Positions 18,017 to 32,863 of a stretch of DNA of 64,000 bases are shown piece after piece (within the stretch, counting starts at the first letter, position 1; every line of letters begins with the position of its first letter). The translations under genes were made by a program, and so were the position numbers. The stretch is from NCBI RefSeq assembly GCF_009914755.1, contig NC_060935.1. One strand, given 5' to 3'. The stretch comes from the human T2T-CHM13v2.0 reference genome, Homo sapiens. The notes under the pieces are model-generated. The model did no database searches. It worked only from the letters and a program-made list of their open reading frames with translations, and was not told where the DNA came from.

Positions 18017-20609
18017 TCATATACTCTGATGTTATTTTGGACTTTTTATTTGATTGTTGACTCCAACTGCACCTCTTAATTTAGCCTATTTGATGTTCTT
18101 CAATACCTTGGTCCACAGCATGTGGGATCAGGCTGGGTTTCTAGAACTCCAAACCAAGCACAACTCTCCACACTCACCCATCATCAGCCTACATAAGGAG
18201 TTTTTATTATCACTACGGGTGACCATTTAGGCGTTTTCCAAAGGTATAAAATTTTAAATATCTTTGACTCTTTCTTCCTTTTTATCATCATCTGTTTGAT
18301 TACCATAAATGTCTCTTAAATTGATTACCACTGACTTGGTGCATAATGAACATTTGTTAACTGAATTAAGTCATTTATCAATGTAATAGGTATATATATG
18401 TACTCAAGGGGAAGCACGAATAAACCAATATATTAAAAAACGTATAAGCCTGAGACTAAACATGTCTAGGCATTTAGATTGTAAAAATAAAAGCTCAGTC
18501 CGTCTTAGTCTCTATCTCAAATTATGGCATCATCCTAGTAGGGTGTTATGCAGTAATATCTGTGCTGGTATGCCCAAATTTCAGAAACAATTTTTCTACT
18601 TGGGTTCTAGCATGTTGAGTTGCCTTACCAAAGTCACTCTAATGAAAAACAAACTGTGATAACTTGCTAATAACCATCACTGGTGGCCCATTCATGTAAG
18701 AAATGCCCTCAGTGGAAACAGGACTAATTAAAAATCTGGTGGCCTATAAGCACAGAGTAAGAGCAAAGTGCACACACTTCCCTGTGGTCTGTAACTAACA
18801 AGGTACTGCAAATTCATGGATTGCAGTTCTTTTCTCAAAATATTCTTGTATATTTAGCACACATCAGCAAGATTACAAGCATCTCTTCTCTGGGTGGTGG
18901 TACGGAAAAACTAATTTTATTGTTGTGATTGTTATTATTCTGTACTTTTTCAAGACACTTAATTTTAAAAAACAATACAAATATTTTACATGATAAAATT
19001 TTTTAGTATTAGTTTCATGACCCTATATTAAAATTTCCAAAAGCATAGGCTTTTTTTAAAATTAATTACATAAGGTGTTGATGATTTCCTTTAGATTATT
19101 CAATAGGAATCCTATCCTTGTTAGGCACATACTTATAGTTTCTAATCTAGAATTATAATTATATGATGTCAGAAATATTTCTACAAATACTTAATTCCAT
19201 TCATTCTAGTTCATTCTTGTTCTTCCCAATTCAGAATTTATTCTGACATGTACGTGATACATCATATTTATTTGTTTTTAGTATCCCTTGCCAGAGAGTT
19301 GTAATATGAGAAAACTTTCTCTTATGTCTCTGATGCTTTTAACAGGCAGAACACAGAAGACCATATATACAATTTATTTATGTTCTCACCAAATAAGTAA
19401 TCAGAGACAAAAGTCTATGTTTACCTTTGGAATATCCCTCTCAGTGCATCATACAACTTGAAAACAAATGCCATAGATACGGGAGAAGGGAGGGTGAAAT
19501 TACAGGGAAAGGCTGTTATCTGAATTACATTTTTCAAAAACATCTCCTATGCCCATATCATACAAGTAACATAAGTTTTATCTATCTCTGTAATAATTTT
19601 ATTGTAAAGCAATTTGCTGTAAAGTTAAAATATTGCAACTTCATATTCTTTACTTTTATTTTGTAAATATACTATTTAAATATGCAATTAAATAAATGAT
19701 TATACATGCGCAATGTATAATCAATGTGGTTCTGAATTGTCTTATAGCTCATTCTTCGTTGCCTTAGATTATTCATGAATCTTCATTATATCTAGGCATT
19801 TTCTACTTTATATGACAGTGAAATAAAGGTTTTCATTATTTTTTGATTTGGTGCTTTTTACATCCATTGTCCCAGGCTGTTTGCTTGATTTTTGATGGTA
19901 GAGCCGTATGTACATGGTGGCATTTGCTACAATTAGATTTAATATATTTCTTGCATAAGTGAAACATGTAAGCATGTTTATGTATGCACATGTGTGTGTG
20001 TGAGTGGTTAAATCCACAGAAAGACTATTGAGAATGAATATGCCGAGACATAAACTCAACATCTACCACCCTGTTTTTTCTTTGTTTTTTAATTTACAAT
20101 GTAATGTAGCAGCACCTACCTTGTGTGACCGGTCACTGGTTTTGTTGGTAGTTAAATGGTGCAGAACAGGTTCCATGTCAAAGCTTTATAAGGATGATTT
20201 TTGGTCTGAAAAACATAATTCTCATTAATAGCCAATAGATTTTAAAAAGATAGTCGATGAGAACATATGTCTGCTGCTGCTTTATGGTACCAAAGCTAAA
20301 TGATAAGTACTTTTGATCATTTTTATTCCCACTTTTCTTTTCTTTGGGAGGTTGAATCAATCTACATTACAACTTTGAGAATGTTTTATTTATGGCCTTT
20401 TTCTCAAAGAAAGGTACATTATGAAATCAGGTCACTTGTTTTATATATCCCTACAGAGAAATGCAGCCTTCACAACATTTCCAAAAGAAGAACACACATC
20501 AGTATTTCCCGTACAGACACACAGAGGAAGAATATCTTCAAGCCTCCACTTCATGTCATTCCATTACATTTAGCCACATTCTGTTGAGAGAAAGCATAGA
20601 TTTAGTAGA

Positions 20610-20780
20610 CCCAATGCATACTTTTTTTGCATTTTAATATCTCTGAAATCCAGATGTATGTTGCACTCAATGTTGTGTTGTAGTTTAATTGGCAGTGTTT
20701 TCTTTCTTAGAGATAGTGGTGTGTCTTAAAGTAGTGGTGTGTCTTACAGTCAAAGACTGTATCTTGAATGTGATAAACTA
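20610..20780. mobile_element. Possible small TcMar (MER104-like) non-autonomous element
   Basis: cattttaatatctctgaaatc motif; weak match to recalled consensus. Confidence 0.35.
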
Positions 20781-21389
20781 GAGTAAGATAGACTAAAATT
20801 GGCATATATAAACACTAACTTAGGGATCAATTAAATTAGAACCTGAGTGATGACATGTACTTCCTCCATCTATGTGCAGTTTAATATTTAAAATCTGAGT
20901 TAATAAACAAAAGATCTCTCATAGTACTGGAAAGATTTTAGAATAAATGATTGTTGACTACATATTTTCATTTTATAAAATCATCAAGAGTTATTGTAGC
21001 GTCAACAGTGTTTGTTACTCCAACCATGCCATCTATGGGATTTCACACACAAACACTTTTTGGAAAGAAGGGTTGAAATACAAAGGAAGCTAGTCCAGGA
21101 GAATCCCTCTGCCTGCACTGCCTGCATTATCTTTAGTCTGTGGGTTTTATTGACTATGTGTTACAAATAAAAGAAAATAGAATAGACAAAGACTGAAAGA
21201 GATTGTGCATCAGGTGGTTAGACCATTTGGTTATTGTTTGACTTTTGTTTGGGGGGGTAAAATGGGTATAATAGAAATAACAAATATTCTAATACATTTT
21301 CCGTGACTTAAATGTGTAGAGAAAACACAATATATTAAGTCAAAAGTACAATTAAGTAAATTAACTGTACTGCTAAAGTATTTCTTCAG

Positions 21390-22635
21390 GCATCTTTTTA
21401 AAAGCTTTATTGCCATATAATTGGAACACAATAAAATGTTTAAACTGTAGAATTTAACACATTTTAACATACGTATTTTTACCATGAAACCATCGCACAA
21501 TCCACATAATAAGCATATCCAGTACCTACCTATTAACATTTCTACATGTACACTTATAATCTCTTCCTCCTTCCCATCCACGCATCCTCAACCCCAGGAA
21601 ACTGATCCTGTATGTTTTGTCACTATAGACTACGTTACCTTTTCTAGTCATGCATAACTGAAATCATACAATATCTACTCTTTTGACCGAGAGTGGGAGA
21701 GTTTGCCTTTTTTCATTTAGAATTATTATCTTAAGATTCATACAAGTTGTTGAATGTGTCAATAGATCATTCCTTTATATTGCACAGTAGTGTTCCATTT
21801 TATGGCTCTACCACCATGCGTGCATCTGTGCACCTGTTGATAGACATTTGGATTCCATGTTTCAGCTATTACCATAAATCTTCCATGAACATTTGTTTAG
21901 AAGTCTTTATATGCACATAAGCATTGAAAGTTTTTCTTAGATAAATACTTATGAGTGGAATGGCTAAACGATATGGTAGGAGTATGTGTAGCTATTGAAA
22001 ATATTGCTAAACAATTTTTCAAAGTAGTTGTACTATTTTGCATTATTATTAGCAGCAGTGTTGGAGAGTCCAAGTACCTCCACGTCTTTGCCAAAACTTG
22101 GTTAATCTGTAATTATGCCATTTAATATGCATGTAGTGGTGTCACATTTTATGTTGGATTCCCCAGTGACTAATGATATTGACTGTGTTATGTGCTTATT
22201 TGATAACTGCATATTTCTTTAGTTAATAGCTTGCCAATATTTTTGCCTGAGATGTTGATATTTTTATTATTAAATTTTGCGTGAGAGTTGTTTAAAATTC
22301 TGGAAACAAGTCCTTTATCATATTTGTGATTCGCAAATATTTTCTCCCACTCTGGGACTGTCTTTTTATTGCCTTACTAGTGTGTCTCAAAAGGTACAAG
22401 TTTTAAATTTTGATGAAGTCCAAATTTTCAATTTTTTGTGGGGATTGAGATTTTAGTGCCATAGCTAAGATATATTTGCCTAAACCAAGGGCAAAAGGTT
22501 TTCTCCTACATTTTCTCCTAAAAGTTTTATAGTTTTATGTTTTCCATTTAAGTCTCTGCTGTATTTTGAATTAATTTTTGTATGACACAGGTATGGATCA
22601 AAGTTCATTATTTTCAATGAATATCAAACTTGGTC
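21390..22635 (-). mobile_element. Old L1M (L1MB/MC) 3' region
   Basis: Antisense L1 3'UTR/ORF2-end motifs (cacctgttgatagacatttgg, caaatattttctcccactctg, tttgatgaagtcc). Confidence 0.75.
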
Positions 22636-24301
22636 ATCACCATTCTACTCTCCACTTATATGAGTTTGACATTTTTAAATTCCACATATAAATGAGATCA
22701 TGCAATATTCGCGTTTCTATGTCTGGCTTATTTCGCTTAGCAGAATGTCCTCCAGGTTCATCCATGTTGTTACAAATGACAGGATTTCCTTCTTTTTCAA
22801 GGGTGAATAATATTCCATTATGTATATATATCACCTACTTTTATCTGTTTATTTGTTGATGGACTCTTAAGCTGATTGCGTATCTTGGCTGTTATAAATA
22901 TATGCTGCCAAAACAGGAATGCAGATATCTTTAAAATGCTGATTTCAATTCTTTTGGATATATACTCAGAAGTAGAATTGTTGGATCATATAGTGGTTTT
23001 ATTTTTAGTTTTTGAGAAATCTTTATAATCTTTTCCATGAAGGCTATACCAATTTACATGTCCACCACCAATTTATAAGGGTTCCGTTTTCTCCACGTCC
23101 TCGCCAATACTTGTTATCTTTTGTCTTTTTGTAAAAGTCATTCTAAGACATGTGAGGTGATACCACATTGTGGTTTCATATACCTGTTGACCATTTGTAC
23201 CTCTTTTTTTGAGAACTGTCTATTCAATCCTTGGCTCATTTTCTCATGAAGTTATTTGTTTTATTGCTACTAAGTTTCTTATATGTTTTGGATATTAAAT
23301 CTTTATCATATATATGATTTGCAAATATTTTCTCCCATCTCATAGGTTGTCCTTTTCACTCTGTTGATTGTTTGTTTTATCAGGCAGAAGCTTTTTGGTT
23401 TGATTTGATCTCATTTGTTCATATTTGCTTTGTTCCCTGTGATTTTAGAGTCATATTCAAAAATCTTTACAAGGAACAATCAAGAAGCTTTTTCCTCTGT
23501 TTTCTTTCAGCAGTTTTACAGTTTTAGGTCTTACATTTAAGTCTTTAATCCATTGAAAGGTGATATTTGTATATGGGGTGAGACAAAGGCCCTATTTTAT
23601 TCACCTGCAAGTGAATATCTAGTATTTCCTACACCATTTATTAAAGACTGTCCTTTCCTCATGGTGTGTTGTTAGCACCTTTGTCAAATAACAGTTAACT
23701 GTAGATGTGTCAACTCGTTTTTTGATTCTCAATTCTCTTCCATATGCCTATATGTCTGTTTCTGTGCCAGTACCATGCTGTTTTGATTGTTATAACTTTG
23801 TGGTAGATTCTGAGATCAGGAAGTATAATGCACCCAGTTTGTTCTTTTTGCTCAAGCTTGCATTGGCTATTGAAGATCTTTTATGGTTTCATATGAATTA
23901 TCTCTGTTTGCAGATGACATAATCTTATATGCAGAAAACATTAAAGAGTCCAACAAAAAGCTATTAGAACCAATAAACAAATTCAGTAAATCGCAGAATA
24001 CAAAATCAACAGACAAAAATGAATGGTGTTTCTGTACACTAACAACAAAGTATCTGAAGAAATTAAAAATAAGTCCATTTACAATAGCATCAAAAAGATA
24101 AAATACTTAGCAATAAATATAACCATGGAGGTTAAAGGTTTGTACACTGAAAACTATAAAATATTGATGAGAGAAATTGAAGAAGAAAAAAATAAATAGA
24201 AAGATACCCTCTGTTCATGGATTGAAAGAATTAATATTGTTAAAATGTCCGTACTGCCCAAAGCAATTTACGAATTCAATGCAGTCCCTATCAAAATTCC
24301 A
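22636..24301 (-). mobile_element. L1MA element with an inverted 5' segment (23896-24301 on +)
   Basis: Antisense 3'UTR/ORF2 runs to ...catatgaatt, then sense ORF2 LSLFADD...PIKIP (ORF 23883-24101). Confidence 0.8.
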
Positions 24302-24906
24302 GTTCTATGATTTCTAATTTATTTTATGAATTTTTTTAAAATTTAGTTATTTATGAGTATGTTATTTAGCTTCCAAATATTTTAGCATTTCTCTGTCTTT
24401 CTGTTATTAATTTCCATTTTAATTACATTATGGTCAAATAACACACTTTTTGTGATTTAAACTCTTTAAATGTATTGAGACTTGTCTTATGACAAAGAAT
24501 TTGTTGTATTTTGGTAAATGACTTATGTGCACATGGGAATTTACATACTGCTGTTAGTGAGTGGACTAGTCTACAAATGTCAAATAGCTTAAGTTGGTTG
24601 AATGTGTTGCTCAAATCTTCTATATCTTTATTGATTTCTGTCTAGTTCTTCTGTAAGTTATACAGAAAAGAGTTGAAATTTTCTAATATATTTGTAGATC
24701 TGTCTGATTCTCCTTGCATTTCTATCACTTTTGCCCCATATATTTTGAATCTCTATTATATAGTGTACATACTTTAGGATGTTTATGCTTCTCGATAAAT
24801 TGTCTCCTTTACCACTATAAAATATTCCTGTTTATACATGATAATATTTTTTGCTCTAAAATCAACTTTGTCTGATATTAATACAGATACTTCAGCTTTC
24901 TCTTTG

Positions 24907-25456
24907 AGGGACAGAACTAATAGGATGTATGTATATATGAAAGAGTGTTTATTAAGCAGAAATCACTCACATGATCACAAGGTGAAGTCCCACAGTAGGC
25001 CATCTGCAAGTTGAGGAACAAGGAAACCAGTCCAAGTCCCAAAGCAGCAAATGTAGGGAAGCTGACAGTGCAGCCTTTAGTGTGTGGCCAAAGGCCCAAG
25101 AGCCCCTGGCAAACCACTCGTGTAGGAACAAGAGTTAAAAAGCCAAAGAACTTGGAGTCTGATGTTTGAGGGCAGGAAGCAACCAGCACAGGAGAAAGAT
25201 GAAGGTTGGAGGACTCAGCAAGACAGCTTTTTCTTCTACCTTCTTCTCCCTGCTTTTTCCAGCCTCACTGGCAGCTGATTGGATGGTGCCCACCACATTG
25301 TGGGTAGGTCTTCCTGAGGGTGGGTCTTCCTCTCCCAGTCCACTGACTCAAATGTTAATCTCTTCTGGCAACACCCAGAAACACCCAGATACACCCAGAA
25401 ACAATACTTTGCATTCTTCCATTTAATCAAGTTGACACTTAATATTAACCATCACA
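24907..25456 (-). mobile_element. MLT2 (ERVL) solo LTR, MLT2A/B-like
   Basis: Ends in caagttgacacttaatattaaccatcaca, the reverse complement of the MLT2 start TGTGATGGTTAATATT..TGTCAACTTG; gggacagaactaatagga at the other end. Confidence 0.88.
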
Positions 25457-26595
25457 GCATTATTTGCAAGGTGTATTATTTAACCTGCTATTACTTTTAA
25501 ACCGTTTTGAGTTTTCATATTTAAAATAGATTTCTTTTAGGCAGTATGTAGTTGGGTCTTACTTTTTAAACCAACATAACAGTATCTTCCTCTTAAAGTA
25601 GTTATTGACATGGTGTATTTAAATCTAGCATCCTGCTATTTGCTTTCTATCTGTCCCCTATGTTCTTTGTACATTCTATTCTTTATTCTACCTTCTTTTG
25701 TGTTAATGGTGTATTTTATTCTATTTTATCTCTTTAGTTAGATAGTATTACTTCTCCACATATTATAAAGCCCATAGTACAATGATACTATTTGTTTGAC
25801 TTTAAACAGCTGATTAATCTTTCAAAGAGATATAAATAATGAGAACATTAATTTATATTTGTCCATGTAGTTACCATTTTCAATGCTTTCAAATTCTTTG
25901 TTTAGATAACTGGTTTAATCTGGCGTTATTTTCTTTCGGCCTGTTCCTCCAACATAATTGTAGGTAGGCCTAATAATTATGAATTATTTCAACTTTTGTA
26001 TGCCTAAGGAATGTCTTTATTTCACTTTTGTTTTTAAAACATATTATCACTGATTAAAGAATTACAGACCAATATCTTCTTCCTTCAGTACTTCAGATAT
26101 GTTTCTCTACTATTTTCTAACTTGTATAATTTTTGACAAGAATTCAGCTGTTACTCTTATATCTGTTCCTGAGTATATAATGTGGTTTTTTTTCTCTGAC
26201 TGCTTTCAAGATTATCTCTTTATAATAAGTTTTATGGAATTTTATTATAGTGTACCTAATTTAGTTTTCTTCATGTTTCTTGTGCTTGTGGTACATTGAG
26301 CTTCTGGGAGCCAAAATTTTTGACCATTGTTTTTTCAAGGAAGTTTTTCTATTCTCCTGCTCCTTTTAATTTGGAAGCTACAATTACACATATAATAGTC
26401 TGTTTGAAATTACCCACTGTTCAACGATGCTGTGATCATTTTTCATCGCTTTTCTTTTGTCTTTGTATGTTTCACCTTTTGATAGATTCTATTGCTGTAT
26501 CCTCAAATTTACTAATTTTCTTTCGCAATATTTGATCTTCTGTTAATCACCTCCAGTGTGTTTTATCAGACAGTGAAATTTTGATTTTTTCAGGA

Positions 26596-29500
26596 TTTTT
26601 TTAAAAAGAACTTTATTGTTTAGAGCAGTTTTAGGCTGACCGCAAAAGTGAGCAAAAGTGCAGACATTTCCTATATCCTGTCTGCCCCTACACATTCTCA
26701 GTCTCCTCTGTTATCATCATCTACCAGGATGGTACATTTTTTACAACTGAGACACCTACAGTGACATATTATTATCACACACAGACCATAATTTGCATTA
26801 GAGTTTTCTTTTAGTGTTCTAAATTCTATGGATTTGAATAAATGTATAACAACATATATCTACCATTACAGTATCATACAGAGTAGTTTCAAAATCCCTA
26901 CAAATCTTCTGGGTTCCATCTACCCATCTCTCTGTTATCCCTAACCTCTGGCAACCACTGATTTTTACACTGTCTCCAGTTTTACCTCTTCCAGAATATC
27001 ATATGACTGAAACCATAAAATATGTTGCCTTTTCAGGTTGGCCTTTTTAAATTTAGTAATGCACACTTAAGTTTTCTCCATGTCTTTTCATGGCTTGATA
27101 GCTAATTTTTTTTTTAATACTTCATGTTGTTCCACTGTCTGGATATACCACAGTTCATTTATCTATTCAGCTACTAAAGGACTCTTAGCTGCTTCCAAAT
27201 TTTGGTACTTATGAATAAAGCTGCTGTAAATATCCATGTGCATGGTTTTGTGTCGATATAAGTTTTCAACTCCTTTTGTTATATACCAAGGAGGGTGATA
27301 CAGCTAGGCTTTTTATCCCCACCCAAATCTCATCTTGAATTGTAATCCCTGTAATTCCTATAAACTCCACATGTCAAGGGAGAGACCAGGTGGAGGTAAC
27401 TGAATCATGAAGGCAGTTTCCTTCATGCTGTTCTCATGATAGTGAGTGAGTTCTCATGAGATCTGATGGTTTTGTAAGGGTCGCTTTCCCCTTTGCTAGG
27501 CACTTCTCTTTCCTGCCACCTTGTGAAAAAGGTGCCTTGCTTCCCTTTCACCTTCCCCCATGATTGTAAGTTTCCTGAGGCCTCCCCAGCCATGTGGAAC
27601 TATGAGTCAATTAAACCTCTTTCCTTTATAAATTACCCAGTCTCAGGCAGTTCTTCATAGCTGTATGAGAACTAATACAACAAATTGGTACTGGGAGTGG
27701 GGCACTGCTATAATGATACCCAAAAATGTGGAAGCAACTTTGGAACTGGGTAACAGGCAGAGGTTGGAACAGTTTGGAGGGCTCAGGAGAAGACAGGGAG
27801 ATGTGGGAAAGTTTTGAACTTCCCAGAGACTTATTGAATGGCTTTGACGAAAATGCTGATAGTGATATGGACGATGAAGTCCAGGCTGAGGTGGTCTCAG
27901 ATGGAGATGAGGAACTTGTTGGTGACTGGAATAAAGGTGATGCTTGCAAATGCTTTAGCAAAGAGACTAGTGGCATTTTGTCCCTGCCCTAGAGATCTGT
28001 GGAACTTTGAACCTGAGAGAGATGTTTTAGAGTGTCTGGCAGAAGAAATTTCTAAGCAGCACAATGTTCAAGAGGTGACTTGGGTGCTCTGAAAAGCATT
28101 CAGTTTTATGCCTTCACAAATAGATGGTTTGGAATTGGAACTTATGTTTAAAAGGGAAACAGAACCTAAAAGTTTGGAAAATTTGCAGCCTGACAATGCG
28201 ATAGAAAAGAAAGACCCATTTTCTGAGGGGAAATTCAAGCAGGCTGCAAAAACTTTTATAGCTAATGGGAAGCCAAATGTTAATCACCAAGACAATGGGG
28301 AAAATGTCTCCAGGGCATGTCAGAGGTCTTCACTGCAACCCTTCCCATCTAAGGCCTGGAGGCCTTGGAGGAGGAAAATGGTTTTGTGGGCTGGGCCCAG
28401 AGCCATGCTGCTTTGTGCTGTCTTAGGACTTGGTGCCCTGCATCCCAGCTGTGGCTGAAAGAGGCCAAAATACAGCTCAGATCATTGTTTCAGAGGGTGC
28501 AAACCCCAAGCCTTGGTGGCTTACACATGGTTTTGGGCCTGCAGGTACACAGAAGTGAAGAATTGAGGTTTGGGAATCTCTGCCTAGATTTCAGAGGATT
28601 TATGAAAATGCCTAGATGTCCAGGCAGAGGTGTGCTGCAGGGCTTGAGCTTTCATGGAGAACCTATGCTGGTGCAGTGCAGAAGGGAACTGTTGGGTTGG
28701 AGACACCCCCTGCAGAGTCCCCACTGGGGCACTGCCTACTGTAGCTGTGAGAAGCGGTTCACTGTCCTCTAGACCCCAGAATGATAGATCCACTGACAGC
28801 TTCCACCATGAGCCTGGAAAAGCTGCAGACACTCAATGCCAGCCCATGAAAACAACTGGGAGGGGGACTGTACCCTGCCAAGCCACAGGGGTGAAGCTGC
28901 CCAACACCATGGGAACCCACCTTTTGCTTCAGCATGACCTGGAAGTGAGATACAGAGTCAAAGGAGATCATTTCAGAGCTTTAAGATTTGACTGCCTCAC
29001 TGGATTTTGGACTTGTATGGTGCCTGTAGCCCCATTGTTTCAGCCAATTTCTCCCATTTGAAATGGATTTGTTTACCCAATGCCTGTATCCCCATTATAT
29101 TTAGGAAGTAACTAACTTGCTTTTGATTTTACAGGCTCATTTGTAGAAGGGACTTGTCTTGTCTCAGATGAGACTTTGGACTTGGACTTTTGGGTTAATG
29201 GTAGAATTAATTAAGAATTTGGGGGACTGTTGTGAAGGCATGACTGCTTTTGAAATGTGAAAGGGATATGAGATTTGTTTGGGGCTAGGGGAAGAATGAT
29301 ATGTTTAGGGTTTGTGTCCCCACCCAAATCTCCTCTTTAATTGTAATCCCCTTAATCCCCATGTGTCAAGGGAGAGACCTGGTGAAGGTAACTGAATCAT
29401 TGAGGACCATTTCCTTCATGCCGTTCTCATGATAGTGAGTAAGTTCTTATGAGATCTGAGGGTTTTATAAGGGGCTCTTCCCACTTTGCTCCACACTTCT

Positions 29501-30240
29501 TCTTCCTGACGCCTGGTGAAGAAGATGCCTTGCTTCTTCTTCACTTTCCACCAAGATAGTAAGTTTCCTGAAACCTCCCCAGCTTTGAGTCAATTAAACC
29601 ACTTTCCTTTATAAATTGCCTAGTCTCAGGAAGTTCTTTATAGCACTGTGAGAATGGACTAATACAGACAGCAATTACTAGATTGTATGGTTATAGTATG
29701 TTTACTTTTGTAAGAAACTGGCAAACTGATTTCCAAAATGACTGTACTATTTTGCATTTTCACCAGCAATGAATGAGAGTTCTTCTTGTTCTATTCCTTG
29801 CCAGCATTTGGTGTTGTCCATGTTCTGAATTTTGACATAAAGGCTGTGTAGTAGTGTTTCATTGTTATTTTAATTTGCATGTCACTCATAATCTGTCATT
29901 TGGGGCATGTTTTCATATGCCTATCTGCCATTTGTGTATATTCTTTACTGAGGTCTCTTTAAGGTTTTTGGCCCATTTTTTTAGTCAGATTGTTTTCTTA
30001 TTGTTTAGTTTTAAGAGTCCCTTTTATATTTTGGATAGTAGTCTTTTATCAGATGTCTTTGCAAATATTTTCACTTAGTTTGTGGCTTGTCTTTTTATTC
30101 TCTTGACAGTGTCTTTTACGAAGCATAAAATTTTAATTTTAATGAAGTCCAACATATCAATTTGTTTTTTCATGGATTATGCCTTTGATAGTGTATCTAA
30201 AATGTCATTATCAAAACCAAGATCATCTTGATTTTGTTCC
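26596..30240 (-). mobile_element. L1MC1-like 3' fragment split by the THE1D provirus
   Basis: tttagagcagttttagg...gcaaaagtgagcaaaag 3' end; continues after 29666 (gattgtatggttatagtatgttt). Confidence 0.7.
27296..29666 (+). mobile_element. Complete THE1D-type MaLR provirus: LTR 27296-27679, internal 27680-29296, LTR 29297-29666
   Basis: Both LTRs run TGATA...ACTAATACA; purine-rich ggggctaggggaagaa precedes the 3' LTR; internal ORF fragments (MWKQLWNWVTGRGW...). Confidence 0.92.
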
Positions 30241-31569
30241 CAGACATTGAAGTTTTTATCTCTAAAATTCTGATTTGGATTTAAAAAAAAAATCTCTTCC
30301 ATAGTTGTACTTAACATGTTAAGTATTTTCTCTAGGTTTTGAACACATGAAATGTAGTTATAATAACTGTTTTAATGTTCTTGTTTACTAACTCCATCAT
30401 ATGTGTCATTTTTATGTTTTGGTCAATTGTTTGTTTTCTTCCTCATTATGAGTTACATTTTCCTGATTCTTTGCATACCTGAAAATTTGTATTAGATGTC
30501 AGAAATTTGAATTTTACCTTGTTGGAAATTGAGCATTTTTGTATTCTTGATCTTTGTTCTGAGATATGGTTAAATTACTCAGAAACATTTTATTCTTTCA
30601 GTTCCTATATTTATGCTTTTTCAGATAGGAACTGAGCAGCATTTAGTATTGGCTTAATTTTTCCCCACTGTTAAGGTTAAGACCTTTCTTAGTACTCGAA
30701 CAAATGCCTCCCTAATTATGATATTTTCCACATGGATGTTAGGTTAGGAACTATTCCTGGCCTGTATAAATTCTGAGCACTGGTCCTTCTAATCCTTTCA
30801 GTGTGTCCTTTCCTATTTTAAAATAGTTTTTCCATATGGATGCACTAGTCATTACTGAATTGAATACTCATGAGGGATGTCCTGTAGATCTCTAACACTC
30901 TTTCTCTGCACAGCTGTCCTCTCTCGTTTACTGTGAATTCTAGTTGCTTTAGTTTCTCCAGACTCCCAGATCTGTCTTTTCAACTCAGAAAGACAGCTGA
31001 GCTTTGCCTAAGTCTCCCTTGCTATGCTGTAGAGTGAAAACTTTGTCCAGGGAGCAAGCTTGGGCAGTTGTATGATTTGGCATGTTAATTTAACATACTT
31101 CAAGGATTACTGTCCTTTATATGCTGATGCCTAATATTTTGCGACTATTCTTTCATGTATTTTGTGTAGTATTTAGCTAATTTTTCTCATTTTTATTTAC
31201 TCAGTAAAAAGTGAATGAAAGATAGAAGTTGACCCAAACCTGCTCTAAATGTCTTTATCTAACCAAGAGAATAGAAATAAAGTTACCTGCATTTGGAATA
31301 TTGCATATTTTACCTGTCCTTATTTGAATAAATTATGGGAAAAAAAACAGCAAGTGAAAGGTAATAGAGTGATTCTTTGACAGAATCCTTTCTCAGAAAG
31401 AGTTTAAAACAGAAACAGTAAAAAGCTACAGTAAAGTACTAATTTAACCTACCATTCCTTAAAAAAAAAATCTGCTGGATAAAATTCACAAGGACTATAA
31501 CTCTTCTGTAGTTGAATAGGTTACATTTTTCAGTGCCAAGTGACAAGAGAAAAATAAAGGTTTAAAGTA

Positions 31570-31750
31570 CCTAATTTCAAATATCAGTTCAATTATCTGC
31601 CACCTCTATGACACCAAATAAATTATCCTCTCTGAACTGCATTTTCAAAATTAGGAAAGTAGGAATAACAATTCCTACATCATAGAGTTACTATTAGATT
31701 TCTCCAAGAGACTCAATACATGAAGACCTGTCATTCATATGTTAATTTAT
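31570..31750 (+). mobile_element. MIR (diverged)
   Basis: tcctctctgaactgcattttc...ggaataacaattcctacatcatagagtt core. Confidence 0.5.
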
Positions 31751-32563
31751 TATTTCACCCTAGTTTTCTAGAGTATTTGGGGAGCATTGTTTACTTTATG
31801 AAGCATTTGCCTATCCTCTAACATTCTCCTTCTTTCTGAAACGCCATCCAAGACACAGTCCATTTCTCAAGCTTTCCTTAATCCAAGTATGCTTGCATTC
31901 TATAAACCTCTCTCTGCTGCCCTTCAGCTTTTCATGGTGTCAACTGAAAATAGATGGTAGAAAATTCACTCTTTGGCTTTCTGCTTACAATATATATTGT
32001 CATGTGCCCTAGTAATCCAAAGAAACTCTGAACCCACAAAAATGTTTCTATAGATATGAAATATTGGGAATAATTTGTTAGTTCTATCTTTCCCAAACAT
32101 TGTTTCAGGTCAAACCTTTCTTTTTTTCCTGTGAGTTTAAAGAGTATTTTCTAAAGCTGATTTTACTTACTAGGTCTAGGGTGACATTTTACTCTGGCTG
32201 CTGTTAATACTTAAAATATTTTGTACTATTTCTTTAGCATCAGATTTGGCATTCCTAACTAAGAAAATGCCCGGAGGCCACAAAATTTAAAAACTTAAAG
32301 ACCAAGAGCCAAATACGTTAGAAGATAGAGAGAGAGAGAGAGAATAAATATTGCTCTACCATTAGTTTTTCTGCCTTAACGGCTGTTGGAAAAACATACA
32401 TGTGATTCAGATATAGAAAAAAAAAAATGACAAAACAAAACAACTTGAATCATGTCTAAGAAAGTCTGGTTTTAGTTATAATATCAACTGAAATATTCTC
32501 TGCCTAAAACAGGCCATAGTGACTTTAAATCACTAAATAAGACGATTTAAAAACATGCTAATT

Positions 32564-32863
<300 letters not shown>

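Larger units (their letters stand above)
24302..31170 (-). mobile_element. Ancient L1M ORF2/5' region hosting nested MLT2, L1MC1 and THE1D inserts
   Basis: Diverged antisense L1 sequence (cattatggtca, ttgagacttg, tctatatctttattgatt) resumes after each insert. Boundaries approximate. Confidence 0.6.

Noticed and set aside
27626-29061. Cluster of overlapping 70-135 aa ORFs (also at 3649-4555)
   Set aside because: Decayed MaLR internal sequence; no evidence for host genes.
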